A stretch of 64,000 bases of DNA. Source: Cyanidioschyzon merolae (taxonomy: Eukaryota). This document shows positions 46,168-56,369 of the stretch, one piece after another (within the stretch, counting starts at the first letter, position 1; each line of letters opens with the position of its first letter). The notes under the pieces were generated by a model, which did no database searches, had not been told where the DNA came from, and was given only the letters and a program-made list of their open reading frames with translations. A program made the translations under genes and the position numbers. The DNA lies in assembly GCA_000091205.1 (NCBI GenBank), contig AP006488.2, one strand, 5' to 3'.

Positions 46168-48423
46168 TCGGTTATACTCAAAGCACTGAATTTTGGAACA
46201 GCTGTGCTGGCTCACCTTTTATGTTTTTGTTTGTCTTTCTCTCAGGTCCCTCATAAAAGCAATCCATCCTTTGGGTGCGAGAACGCTCGCGGAAACACCA
46301 AAGGCCCTCACTGCCAGCTTGCGAGCATAAGGGCTTCAGTTCTACGAGTGAGTCACTCTGTGGGTTCACCAAGCGAATGAGCTACACGTCGCCTGGCCCT
46401 GATCCTGGGGCTCGGGAGCCCAAAACAGAACTTATCCAGCGCTACCCCAACGATTGCCTCTTCTTCTGCGCATTCCACTCCATGCGTACGCTGACAATGA
46501 CTCCAAAACATGCGGCAGGGTGTCGAGTTTCCACACCCTTCATACGAATGGTGATGAAGAGTCACCGATGGAATACGCAGAAGCACGCGGCTATGGGAGG
46601 CCTTTGCGCGTCGCATACCTGGTCATCGATTCCGTATGGAAACACGAGCTCGTATTCCGCGGGCAACGGACGTTTGCCGCTCTCGATGAGACACGTCCAG
46701 CTACGGACGCTCGACATGTGGCTAGGTACGCCACGAAGGGCATATTGCCGTCCTACACGACGACACAAGCGAGCATGAAGCCACCATGTGCTCCAGTGGC
46801 GACCACATCCCGCAGTTGCCACCGAGCCGCCAAACAGACATGTCCCTTCGACACACCTGATCGTTCGTCGACGCACTTTTGGCTTCTTGGTCCCACTCTC
46901 ATCTGCCGCGATCTCAGAAGAGATCGCTGTCCAGTACGCCGTAGGTGCCATCGAGTACACACGCGAGGGCGGCGTTGAGCGGCTCGGCGATCCTGCATAC
47001 TGGTTCAGGTTCAGAGCAGTCAAAGGCCCCTTGTCGGTTGTCAACCGCCATACAAGCGCTCGCGGATCTATAGACGACGAGTCGTTCGCATCCGTGGACC
47101 CGAAAGCCGCAGAACGCCTTCAGAGCTCGCGCAGCTTCGTTCCCGGCGGATGCTCGCGCAGCTTCTCTAGCTTTGGTGCACCTCGTCCAGCAGCAGCTGT
47201 TCAGAGCAGCTGCGCATGCAGAGGAGCCAGCTGTGCGCATTCCTCGGGGCGTGCTCGAGCGAGCCTTTCCGAGGCACAGTACAGCTGATGCTCTGCACAG
47301 AGGATGCGATACGGCGTGCTCGTGAACTAGCGGAATTGCAAACAAACACATAAACACGCTTACTCACATACACATAAACACAAACACACATTCTAGCGTA
47401 CCTTGACCTGCACGCTACCGCATCAGCGAACGCAAGTGCTACAGTATAGGTCCCTGAAGGAATCGAATGAGCACCACTATCCTCGAGCAGCTGCAGTTCC
47501 GCGCTGAGCGCTCCATGAGGCGCACGCTTTTGATGCCGCATCCTACACTCAGTGGCCGAGAAAAGCGTGACTGATGCAGCGGATTCATGGCGCGTCGATA
47601 GAGCTAAACTGCGGAATAGTGGCGGAGACTGCACTGGCAGCGGACTCGGAAGCGCTGCCCCAACGCCAGCCAGAGTCGCCCTCGCACCGAGCCGACAAGC
47701 TGGCTTTCGCTAGCGCGTTCCGTGAGTCGGAGAACAAAGTGGCCGATCAACTGCGTCGTTTGGAGGGAGCGTACGGCGTGGAGCACGCTACAGCGCACAG
47801 GCGCTTCTCTCCATTTCGCTTGACACGAGCGTACGTCGAGTGCAGTGATCGGCTCTGCAGGACGCTCACCGACGCGTTCAGCACACCGTACGCACAGCGC
47901 GAGCACGAGCACGAGCACGAGCACGAACTCACAACGAAACAGGTAGCGTGGACGAGTGTGAAGCAGTGCCGGACGCTCTAGACGGTGTACGGCAAGCTTG
48001 CCGGACGTCCGACGGCGATGCAACTGGACGCGGCAGGCTCTCTGGGGCGTGACCCCCACCCCCCCGGCAGCGACGTACTGTAGGGCTCTCACTCTCCCCG
48101 AAACTCGAACGCCAGGCTCAGCGTCTGGAAATATGTCGGGCGTGTGGAGCGTCCAGCGAGTTTGTGCCGAACGAGTTCGCCAACGAATCCACGAGGTCTC
48201 AGTGTGGGCGTTGCGGTGAAACGCGACAGACTACCGATGCAGCACTATCAGAGGCGAGTTGCCAGGAGAGCGAGTCCAACGGGTTTCCGCCTGGAGTTAG
48301 ACACCGAAATGGTACGTTTCAGGAAACCAGCGAGTTTGGTGTGTCGTTTATATACACCGGGATCGGTTCTTCTTCGCGGATACTGAACGATAATGGTTTT
48401 CAGCTATTCGATGCTAATGAGTA
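46168..48423 (+). repeat. R2 repeat copy 3
   Basis: Collinear with copies 1 and 2. (CACGAG)5 at about 47899-47926. Confidence 0.85.
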
Positions 48424-48440
48424 CAGCCTCCGTCACTCTT

Positions 48441-49472
48441 TCAGATAAAGAAACCAAAGCGCCCAATTTTCACTTCGAAACTGAGTTCACCCAATGCGCC
48501 AGTCACAAACCGGTACGAGCCTTCCATTGACCCAACCAACTCGCCCGCCGCAGCAGGCCTCTTGAGTTTTATGGGGCATGCCGAAGTGTAAGTGAACTCC
48601 TCACCGCGCTCCAGCACGGGTTGCTTGCCAATCACGCCGGGGCCGCGAACCTCGGAAACGAGGCCCTCCTTTGTCTGAATACGCCAATAGCGGGCAACGA
48701 GCTGGATGGTCTTCGACGTCTCATTCACAATGCGGACGTTATACCCGAAGAGATACTCCCCTGCCTCAGGTTTGGAGTCTTCGAGACGATAGAATGTTTC
48801 CACGCGAACGCGGACACCATTGTCCACCGTGTCGGTAACGTTTGTTAGTCTCTGCTCCGCCTCTTGTGAAGAAGCAGGCGCTGGATTCGGCGTCGAACCG
48901 AAGGCTGCTTCAAGTCGCTTCAAGGCAGCCGAGAGCTCCGGCGAGGGTTTCGGATGCCTTGAGCCCCGCTTTCGACCCGCCTCCGGGAACGCGCTCCTTC
49001 TCGTGTCGGACGCCTTGCGACCAGTGTCTTTTTTCTGTGGTCCGGTACGTTTTTCCACAGCATGTTCCACTGGCGGCGGCGACTCCTTCGACAGCGCCTC
49101 ACGGAGCGCTTGAATCTCCTCTTCGCGCTTTGCCTCCTCAGCTTTCAGCAACGCCTGCTTGAGGTAGACGAAGCGGTCCGTTTGACGCGCTTCGTGCGCT
49201 TCATCTCGCAAACGTGCCGCATCCTCGAAACGCTCTTCTTCCACAGCACGTCGAACTTCCTCTTCGAGATGAAAGATGCGTTTCCAGAGAGCTCTGCGCG
49301 AGTTTTCGTCAAGTCGTGGCGGTGCTCTTTGAAGCGAATCCAGGCCGTTCACACACATTCGCGGACGTCGACCACGAGCCGTGGCAGTCGGAAACCGCAC
49401 ATGACCCACACGAACGCACTTGTAGCTCGCCCTGGGTGCCTTGGGTAAGAAAAAACTCACGTTTGCAAACAT
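48441..49472 (-). CDS. ApaG (DUF525) domain protein with an N-terminal UVR-like helical motif (FBXO3 C-terminus / POLDIP2-like)
   Basis: The C-terminal 125 aa (GVRVRVETFY...YLFGYNVRIVNETSKTIQLVARYWRIQTKEGLVSEVRGPGVIGKQPVL.RGEEFTYTSACP) fit the ApaG fold signature. The N-terminal WKRIFHLEEEVRRAVEEERFEDAARLRDEAHE resembles a UvrB/C motif. Confidence 0.7.
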   Translation of the reverse strand: MFANVSFFLPKAPRASYKCVRVGHVRFPTATARGRRPRMCVNGLDSLQRAPPRLDENSRRALWKRIFHLEEEVRRAVEEERFEDAARLRDEAHEARQTDRFVYLKQALLKAEEAKREEEIQALREALSKESPPPVEHAVEKRTGPQKKDTGRKASDTRRSAFPEAGRKRGSRHPKPSPELSAALKRLEAAFGSTPNPAPASSQEAEQRLTNVTDTVDNGVRVRVETFYRLEDSKPEAGEYLFGYNVRIVNETSKTIQLVARYWRIQTKEGLVSEVRGPGVIGKQPVLERGEEFTYTSACPIKLKRPAAAGELVGSMEGSYRFVTGALGELSFEVKIGRFGFFI

Positions 49473-52269
49473 TTGTTTGGAGGTACACAGAGCACTTCAC
49501 GTTATCACACAGTTGTTCCCCAGGCAGGGGGTTCACCAGATCACAACGGATTCGCGAAGCAGCATCCACGCTCGAATCGGGAGCTCCGTGCGCCCTCGCC
49601 TGGGGCGAAGGCGCTCCCTGGGCTTTCTCTGACAAGCGAAGCTGACTCCGTGCCGGAACACCGGCCGGCAATGGGGTTGCCTCTGGGTGCCTGTGTCCCT
49701 GTGTGCATAGGATTCTGGAAGGAAAAAAACTTCGACTCTGGGGCGTACGCTCTCCTTGGCCAGAGAAGGTTTGGAAGCGGGGGCCTCTGATGTCGTCCTT
49801 ATCAGCTAGGTGGGAAATCTTTCGAAAATCGATTTGTCTATGAGCATCGATGTTCGTACTGAATCATGCCCATGTCAGACGGAAATGGAATAAGTCTCGC
49901 CTGGCTAGCTCGGACGTACACACTAACGTTTGTATCTCTTCCCACTGCCTTCAATACCAGACGTCGTGAGTTTTTTTCTGTGATTGCGTTCTTTTCCTCG
50001 CTCTTATTCCCTGTTTAGAACACGCCAGTCTCTCTTGGCCAACAAGATCCGTTCTTAGTAGTCGATGTATGTTGATGACGGCTTCAGAGTTCCGATTATT
50101 TCTCTTTCGGCAGCTGCCGACGCGCTGCATGCACAGATGATAGATATGAGTCACGATTCGCTTACAAGATTCATATTATTTTAATGTAGCCTCGAAGCGC
50201 CCTTCGCAGCGGTGACACTTGACCATGGTCAGGTTTTCACATATGCCTACCACCTCACCTACTCGTTCAAGGGCCGCCCTACGCCCTGTAAACGCATACT
50301 CTGTTGCTCGGCTCACGTCCTTGGCTGTTACAGAAGGCTCCGATCGATAACCCGCTCCGATTACGGACCCGGTGCCATACCCTGTGATCAGGGGCTTCAT
50401 CCGCGCGATCCCCTCGGCGGGAACGCTCTCCGCTGCACGTACTCCCTGTTCTGTGCTATAGAGGATTTGTGGAATGCCACGTTGTCCATGATGAAACAAG
50501 TCCCGAAACGAAGGTCGACGCTACAGACCAGATCCAGGAATTTCGATCTGTATATGCTGCTTTCGTGCAAACCGCTGTCGCACATTCCATTAAAAACGAT
50601 TGCTCCGATGGTTAAATTCCGAGTCCGAGACAGGTTCCCATACAAAACAAAGAGTCAGGAACCTTTCGGAGCGTACCCGTTGAGACGCATCACGCTGCTG
50701 TCGACTGCCGTTTCGTCGCTGGCGAAAGGACTGGAGGATTTGTCTTTCCAGTGGACTTGATGACATGTCTTGGCAAGTTCAATGAATACTCAGCATGAGC
50801 TTGTGCACAAGCCATCAGCGGGCATTGTATTATTCCCCCGTCAATGCAGCTGGCAAATTCGCTTCGCCTACTGGTCGCCTTGAAATAGGAAAACCGAAGC
50901 TTGAAGAATGCGTGGTTTGAACGCGTCGTTCGTTGGAGAAGGAGCACTGCGGAGGCCTCTAAGTATGAATGGCATGATGGAATCGGCTGTTTGTCAACTG
51001 CCGCTCATGGTTGTCGAGAAGCATCCCAATTCTCGTGATGTAACAAATTTCAGCGATAGCGAATCGAAGGATCCACAACAGAAAGACGACCGAGAATCCT
51101 AAAACTACACAAGAATCCCTTAGCTCCTACTTCTGCATCTTAAGTGTAGAGGCTGTACGCCTGGAAGAAAGTTCGGAAAAATCTATAGGCAGGAGTATAG
51201 CAAATGGTTCTACTCCTTTTGTTAATCTGATACGGGCTCGGTCCCGACGCACGTTCACGAACGTTGCAGCATTCTCAAGCAGTGCTGCCTTGCGGAACGC
51301 GTGTAGCACGTATTGCCGCTCAATTCCATAAAAAACATAATTGTCTTATTTATGTAGGCGTGTTTTGCCTTGTCCAGAATGACGCACTTGCACGCTGTTT
51401 GCCAACGTGGACAAAGATCGATTTGGACGTGCACGCTATCCAGCGGTCTTTGGAGCTTCGCGCACTGTTTCGGGGGTTTTTCTCAATGACAAAACGTTTA
51501 CATTTACCATGGATTTCAGATTGCGGGATGCATCATGGCTTTTAGGTTAGCATCCATCATGAAGCACCTACCACCAAGCTCCATTACCCATACTTCCTCT
51601 CGGATATTCTGGTCGTTTCGCACGCTCCATCGTGTGCCGAGTGCCTGCCGTGAGCACCCGCCATCGCGCTTAGACCGCTGAAGCAGATGCTGCGCGGAGA
51701 CAGAACGGTTTTGCCATACTACTGTGGGCGTCGGCTCGCGGAATCCTGTATCTGATACGCAATCTCGGCGAATTATCATTCTGGGAGCCTGCAAGCTGCG
51801 CAGTCAGAGGCGCTGTTTGCGACAGCGCAAAGCGATGTAGAAGGGTCCACTAGGACCCGGTCGACGCCCCAATGCGGCATACCTTCTACGAGTCCCAGAT
51901 TAAACTGCATTTCGGACGAGTCGCTCAGACCTTGCAGCGGCATATGTCACTTAAGAAACACGTAGCACCAGCCTACCAGACTAGTCCGGCTCGCGGTGCC
52001 TTCTGCCTAGAAGGTAAACTTTAGACAATACGGGAACATTTGTCCCCTTTGAACGTTAATCGTAGAGGAGGAAAAATATATAAAGAGTCGCAGGTGAATC
52101 CAGAGTCTCTGCTTTTTATTCTAAATAGCGCACTCGATACGCGCACATAGGACATCTGACAGTCACCGGATACGACGTCCATGTCGCCGTTGAAGGGAAA
52201 CGCGATCGTGATCAACAGCGTGTTGTACTGCCGGTAAAGTTGGACTTGCGTTAGAGTCATAGCAATGTA

Positions 52270-54704
52270 TAGTTCTTCAATTCAATTTTGTTTCAGCCTT
52301 CAAGTAAGTATATTCAAGTGATTTTTCGCGAGTTCTGGTAGAAGCGTTCCATGAACGTTCTTTTCCAAAAAAATAAAAAAGGAAAGTTATGGAAGAGCAC
52401 GTCGACAATTGTGGAAGCCTGGTGTCGCCGGCTGGCAGAAAAAAACGAAAAACAGAGCCTATCCCGCAGGAACAGGAGAGGACGAAGAAGCGAAGGCAGG
52501 AGGCCCTACGTGGAAGGCTCCAAAAAAGACAACTGTACGACGAGATGGTGGTGAAATCCTGTCTTCGTAAACGTATCAGGGATCCATACAAGGAAAGGTT
52601 GCGAGACGCTATCAGAAACCTTGTCGATTCGTACTCCAAGAAGGATGTAAAGACATCGTCAGGACTAGCGCATTTGGCGAAGGAGATGTACGAAGATGTG
52701 GCGCATATGGAAACAGTCGAGGGTCTGGGCTAGTTCTTCAACATGACCATGATTCGTCGTCTGATGCTTGGTACAGGGGAATCTTCGACGAAAAAAGAGC
52801 TATTGCAAGCCCTCCGCGAAAACTTCGCGGAATTCCACTTCGAGGGTACTCGATACAGGGGTGACCGGGATATTTACACATGCGGGGCGATGAAGTTCAT
52901 CATGAACGTAAAGAACCATTTGACGATGAACCTCGAAAGTTTCATGATGAGCGCCGTGTTTGCGCTATACCTGGGCATCTCTCGCAAAGGAAAATGAGCG
53001 ATTATCAATGGCATCACGAACGATCGCCAGCATGAAAATGAGGTATAATTTGTCGACAAGAGGGCGTCAAAAGAGAGCACGGATGAAGCTTCTGTGATCC
53101 GTGCGGCTATTCAAGAGCACCGTGCAGTCTTAGGGTTGGTGAATCTAGCAGAAAAGATATCAGCGTTGAAAAAAGATAAGGAAAGATACTATCGCCTCGT
53201 CCTGCGCTATTTTGTGTTTCCGGACCGTGAACTCGAACGCAAGGCAGAGATGAAGCTGAGTGAGGAGACAAAAAAAGAGTGGTAGAGACGGAAGGCTTTT
53301 CTAATGGGGAAGCGCTTCAACGTCGTTCCAATGTGCAACATCAAGTCACATTTCGTGACTATCGACTAAAGAATCCTTCACGGCATCATGAAGGAGATGT
53401 GTCCGGAGTTCGATGTTAGCAGGGAGGAGTTCTCCGGTGAAAACCGGGAGACGTACTGGAAGAATATCTTCAGTTTCAAACGTCTGAGAGTGAGCAAGCA
53501 AAAGTTGTTTACTGGGATGATTGAAACCGATGGAGTAGCCTTGTGTATACACTATCGGCGGTTGAAGAGAGATCGTCCAGTTCCCCCCTCGGCGAACCAT
53601 GAAGATGAGAAAGAGGCGGATCTTGCGACGCAGGAGGTAGAGGATAACGACCTCGTCGTTGGCGTGACGAAGGATGAAGATGAGAAGAAGGAGGATCCTG
53701 CGACGCAGGAGATGCAGGATAACGACCTTGTCGTTGGCGCGACGAAGCATGAAGAAAAGAAGTAGGCGTGCCTTGAGACGAAGAAATTGCAGGATAACGA
53801 CTTTGTCGTTGGCGCGGACCCCGGAAACACAAATATCATCACCATCGCAGCACCGAAGCGTGCAGAAGAATGTACTGACGGCAACTTGCGTCCGAAAGAC
53901 ATGCGTCTTTTGAGGTTCTCGAGAGCGAGATACTATCAAGAATCCGGTATAATGAATGCAAGGAAGAAAATCGTTACGTAGAATGCAGGAATGAAGGATC
54001 ACCTGGAAGCTTTGAGCTAGGTGACAAGTCGAGGAGCGGACTTTGAAGCTTTTCGGAAATTCATGGAAGTTCGCATTGCGCATTGGGATGCGCTGTGGGA
54101 GGAGTATACAAAGCCCCGGCGGGCTCGTTTGCGAATGAATTTGTATTGTGGGAAGCAGCGGGCGTTCGCGAACTTTTTCAGTCAGTTGAGTGCCCTCAAA
54201 GAGGATGAAACTCAGCGGCTAGTAGTGGCGTACGGAGCAGGGCGCTAGATGACCCAAAAAGGGACTACGCCAGCTCCAACGACAAGAACATTCAAAGAGT
54301 GTGCACGGCGTTTTGTTACAATACCGATAGATGAGTTCCGAACGTCCTATACACACCATGAACTGGGATGTACACTTCAGCGAGTGGAGATGGAAAAGTG
54401 TCAGCGGAGCCCTGAGGAAATAGCAAAGTACGGACCACTGACGGAAGAGCAAATGGAAAGGAGGGTGAAAGTTCGTGGACTCCTTGCACTAGTAAGTACA
54501 ACGTCTAATGGCAAGAAACGAACGGAGTTTGTGAACCGTGACTTTAATGCCGCTATCAATATATGCAGATGTGCGGTGCTGGAGAGTAGACCTCCAAGGT
54601 CGACAAGAGTGAACTTTGTTGGACAACCCGTCAAAGTCGAACTATATGAGAATAAATTGGAACCAATAATAGGTGGCCGGTCCAAAAAGGCTGGGAGGCG
54701 TCTG
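52270..54704 (+). mobile_element. Fanzor-bearing transposon, master copy of about 2.4 kb
   Basis: Its left end (ttcaattcaattttgtttcagcc) resembles the left ends of the three short elements (ttcaacttgattttgtttcatcc and similar). Its right end ...GGCTGGGAGGCGTCTG is the exact point where all four copies lose homology. Confidence 0.7.
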
Positions 54705-54842
54705 CACATCAGCTGGAGAGTTCTTCTCCAGGGCCCCGGTCGCCACTACTGTACACTGCTGCCGGTAGCAACAAGTAGCAAAAGTTCAACCGACGAGTCC
54801 ACGGATGGATACTCGGCCAAAAGGTTCAGGTCACCGTTTTAG
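52389..54842 (+). pseudogene. Fanzor/TnpB-like RNA-guided endonuclease gene. It is an 818-codon single frame with nine in-frame stops (TAG at 52731, 53283, 53763, 53979, 54018 and 54246; TGA at 52995; TAA at 53046 and 53367) and no frameshift.
   Basis: All seven ORF-track pieces start at coordinates divisible by 3, checked by hand. KKRK/KKRR NLS-like N-terminus, Ruv[18 protein letters not shown]...C ZnF remnant (IDEFRTSYTHHELGC), RuvC-III VNRDFNAAINICRCAVL. The tail after the right end is read from flanking DNA, as in TnpB. Confidence 0.75.
53616..53830 (+). repeat. 3 x 72-bp in-frame tandem duplication inside the Fanzor ORF (the segment just upstream of RuvC-I)
   Basis: [22 protein letters not shown] / [21 protein letters not shown] / (TAG)[20 protein letters not shown]. 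Only the third unit keeps the GADPG catalytic motif. Confidence 0.75.
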
Positions 54843-56088
54843 GGCTGCAGGGGCCTTCGTGGTGTGGACGGTCATCAGTGTCTTGCACCTCTACGTGACG
54901 CGGGAGTTGTTAGCGCGCTTCTTTGTCTCTGAGGTCCTACTGACGTTTATTCAGACACTTCTTAGCGCCATCTACGGCATCATTTTACTCCGCTTTGTTC
55001 GCGGTGCGGACTCGTTGCGCAAACTTTTTCGCAAAAAGCTATTGGTGAAGCTGTTGCCGGTTGCCGCTGTCGCCGTTTTCCGTGACGTGTCAAAGTTCGG
55101 GGGACTTGCGCGCATATCAGTCAACCTGACGGTCACGATACGCTCGCTCTCGCCGGTAGCGAGCGTCGTGCTGCAAAAGTTGTTCTGGGGCGAGGATTTT
55201 CCTTTGGAGACTGTCATCACTCTGATTCCAATCGTGGGAGGTGTCTCGCTCGCCTCGGCTGGTGACCTGCTCGAGGCAAGCGCTGCGTCAATGGAGCGCC
55301 TTCAAGACGTGCAGAGTGAACCTGCGTTACACTCTCTTTTGGGTCAAGGATTAGGTGACCTCAGTCGTTTTCTGGTCGGCTGCTTGTCCTGTATATTTTC
55401 TGTTTTCTTGGGTGTTGGTCATTCAATGCTCACGAAGCGACAATTTGCCGGGGCGCAGGACCGCTTGGATCCGCTCAGCATGCAGATTGCCCAGTCTGTA
55501 CTGTCCCTGGCATTCTTGGCTCCGTACTTTGGGCTAAGATTTTTTGTGGGCTGTTTTGGTGTGAGTCGAGGGAAGAATACTTTTGTACAAATCTTGACAG
55601 GGAGAGCCGTTCGTTTGTTTCAAGAATGCACAGCTTCCGGTTCAAGATTTCGGGCGTCAAAAATGGTTCTCCAATCACTGGTAGGGGCGTCCGGCGACCC
55701 TGAAATCATCCAACGGCGGAAGAGCCTGTTCTGCATGCTAGCGTTGAAAGGACTTGTGAATTTTGTGCAGTCGTTGTTCTCTCTGATTTCCCTGAACGAG
55801 CTCAACAATGTGAGTTTTACCATAGCTAGCTCGATGCGCAGAATGATCAGTGGGATGATCACCGTTGTGCTTTTTTATCGGGCAAGCGTCAGCTCTTACG
55901 GTATCCTGGGGATCGCCATGAGCATTGCCGGCTGCGTCTTGTATGAACGTACATCCTCTCTTGGACATCGAAACCCTTGGGGAAAGACTCTTAAATGGGA
56001 GCGAGATACGCATGAGCGAGCTCCAGAGAGGTCTTCCCGAGTATGCGAGACACATCAGGTGAGCATCTCTGATAAATCGCTGCCATGA
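54805..56088 (+). CDS. SLC35/TPT-family (nucleotide-sugar or triose-phosphate transporter-like) membrane protein
   Basis: About 10 TM segments. LPVAAVAVFRDVSKFGGLARISVNLTVTIRSLSPVASVVLQ...LIPIVGGVSLAS matches the TPT pattern (N.SL...VSF.Q..KA..P.FT...PI.GGV.LAS). The first 37 nt overlap the tail of the Fanzor ORF. Confidence 0.65.
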   Translation: MDTRPKGSGHRFRAAGAFVVWTVISVLHLYVTRELLARFFVSEVLLTFIQTLLSAIYGIILLRFVRGADSLRKLFRKKLLVKLLPVAAVAVFRDVSKFGGLARISVNLTVTIRSLSPVASVVLQKLFWGEDFPLETVITLIPIVGGVSLASAGDLLEASAASMERLQDVQSEPALHSLLGQGLGDLSRFLVGCLSCIFSVFLGVGHSMLTKRQFAGAQDRLDPLSMQIAQSVLSLAFLAPYFGLRFFVGCFGVSRGKNTFVQILTGRAVRLFQECTASGSRFRASKMVLQSLVGASGDPEIIQRRKSLFCMLALKGLVNFVQSLFSLISLNELNNVSFTIASSMRRMISGMITVVLFYRASVSSYGILGIAMSIAGCVLYERTSSLGHRNPWGKTLKWERDTHERAPERSSRVCETHQVSISDKSLP

Positions 56089-56369
56089 TAGGAACTTTCC
56101 TCCAATGATCGTGGTTCCTCTCTGAATTGAATACTGATTCACGATCTTCGGGTTCCAGGTCTTTGCTTTGCCAGTTCAGGAAGTACGTAGCATCAAAAAC
56201 TACTGAAGCAACCCACAAACCAGCAAGGAGTGTATATCTCATGCAAGGAACCGGGTGCAGCTATGTGGCTTGTAAACCGAAAATACATGGAGCGTCTTGT
56301 AATGGAGTTACTCCGGTGATATTTTCTATCACGAGCTACGTGTGCGGGCATAAGATTTCGACAAGTCCG

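Noticed and set aside
32546-48423. Regularly spaced 2.25-kb repeats could be mistaken for a repeat-spacer array
   Set aside because: The units are 2.2 kb rather than 25-50 bp, the spacers are 6-7 kb of ordinary eukaryotic genes, and the context is eukaryotic with spliceosomal introns. This is not a CRISPR array.
52389-54842. Alternative nuclear genetic code (stop-codon reassignment) to explain in-frame TAG, TAA and TGA in the Fanzor gene
   Set aside because: At least ten host genes in the same window have full-length, family-consistent ORFs that end at ordinary TAG/TAA/TGA codons (for example Hsp10 ends ...AKLE-TAG and the kinase ends ...LRI-TAG). A global reassignment is therefore not supported. 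Element-specific readthrough remains only a hypothesis.
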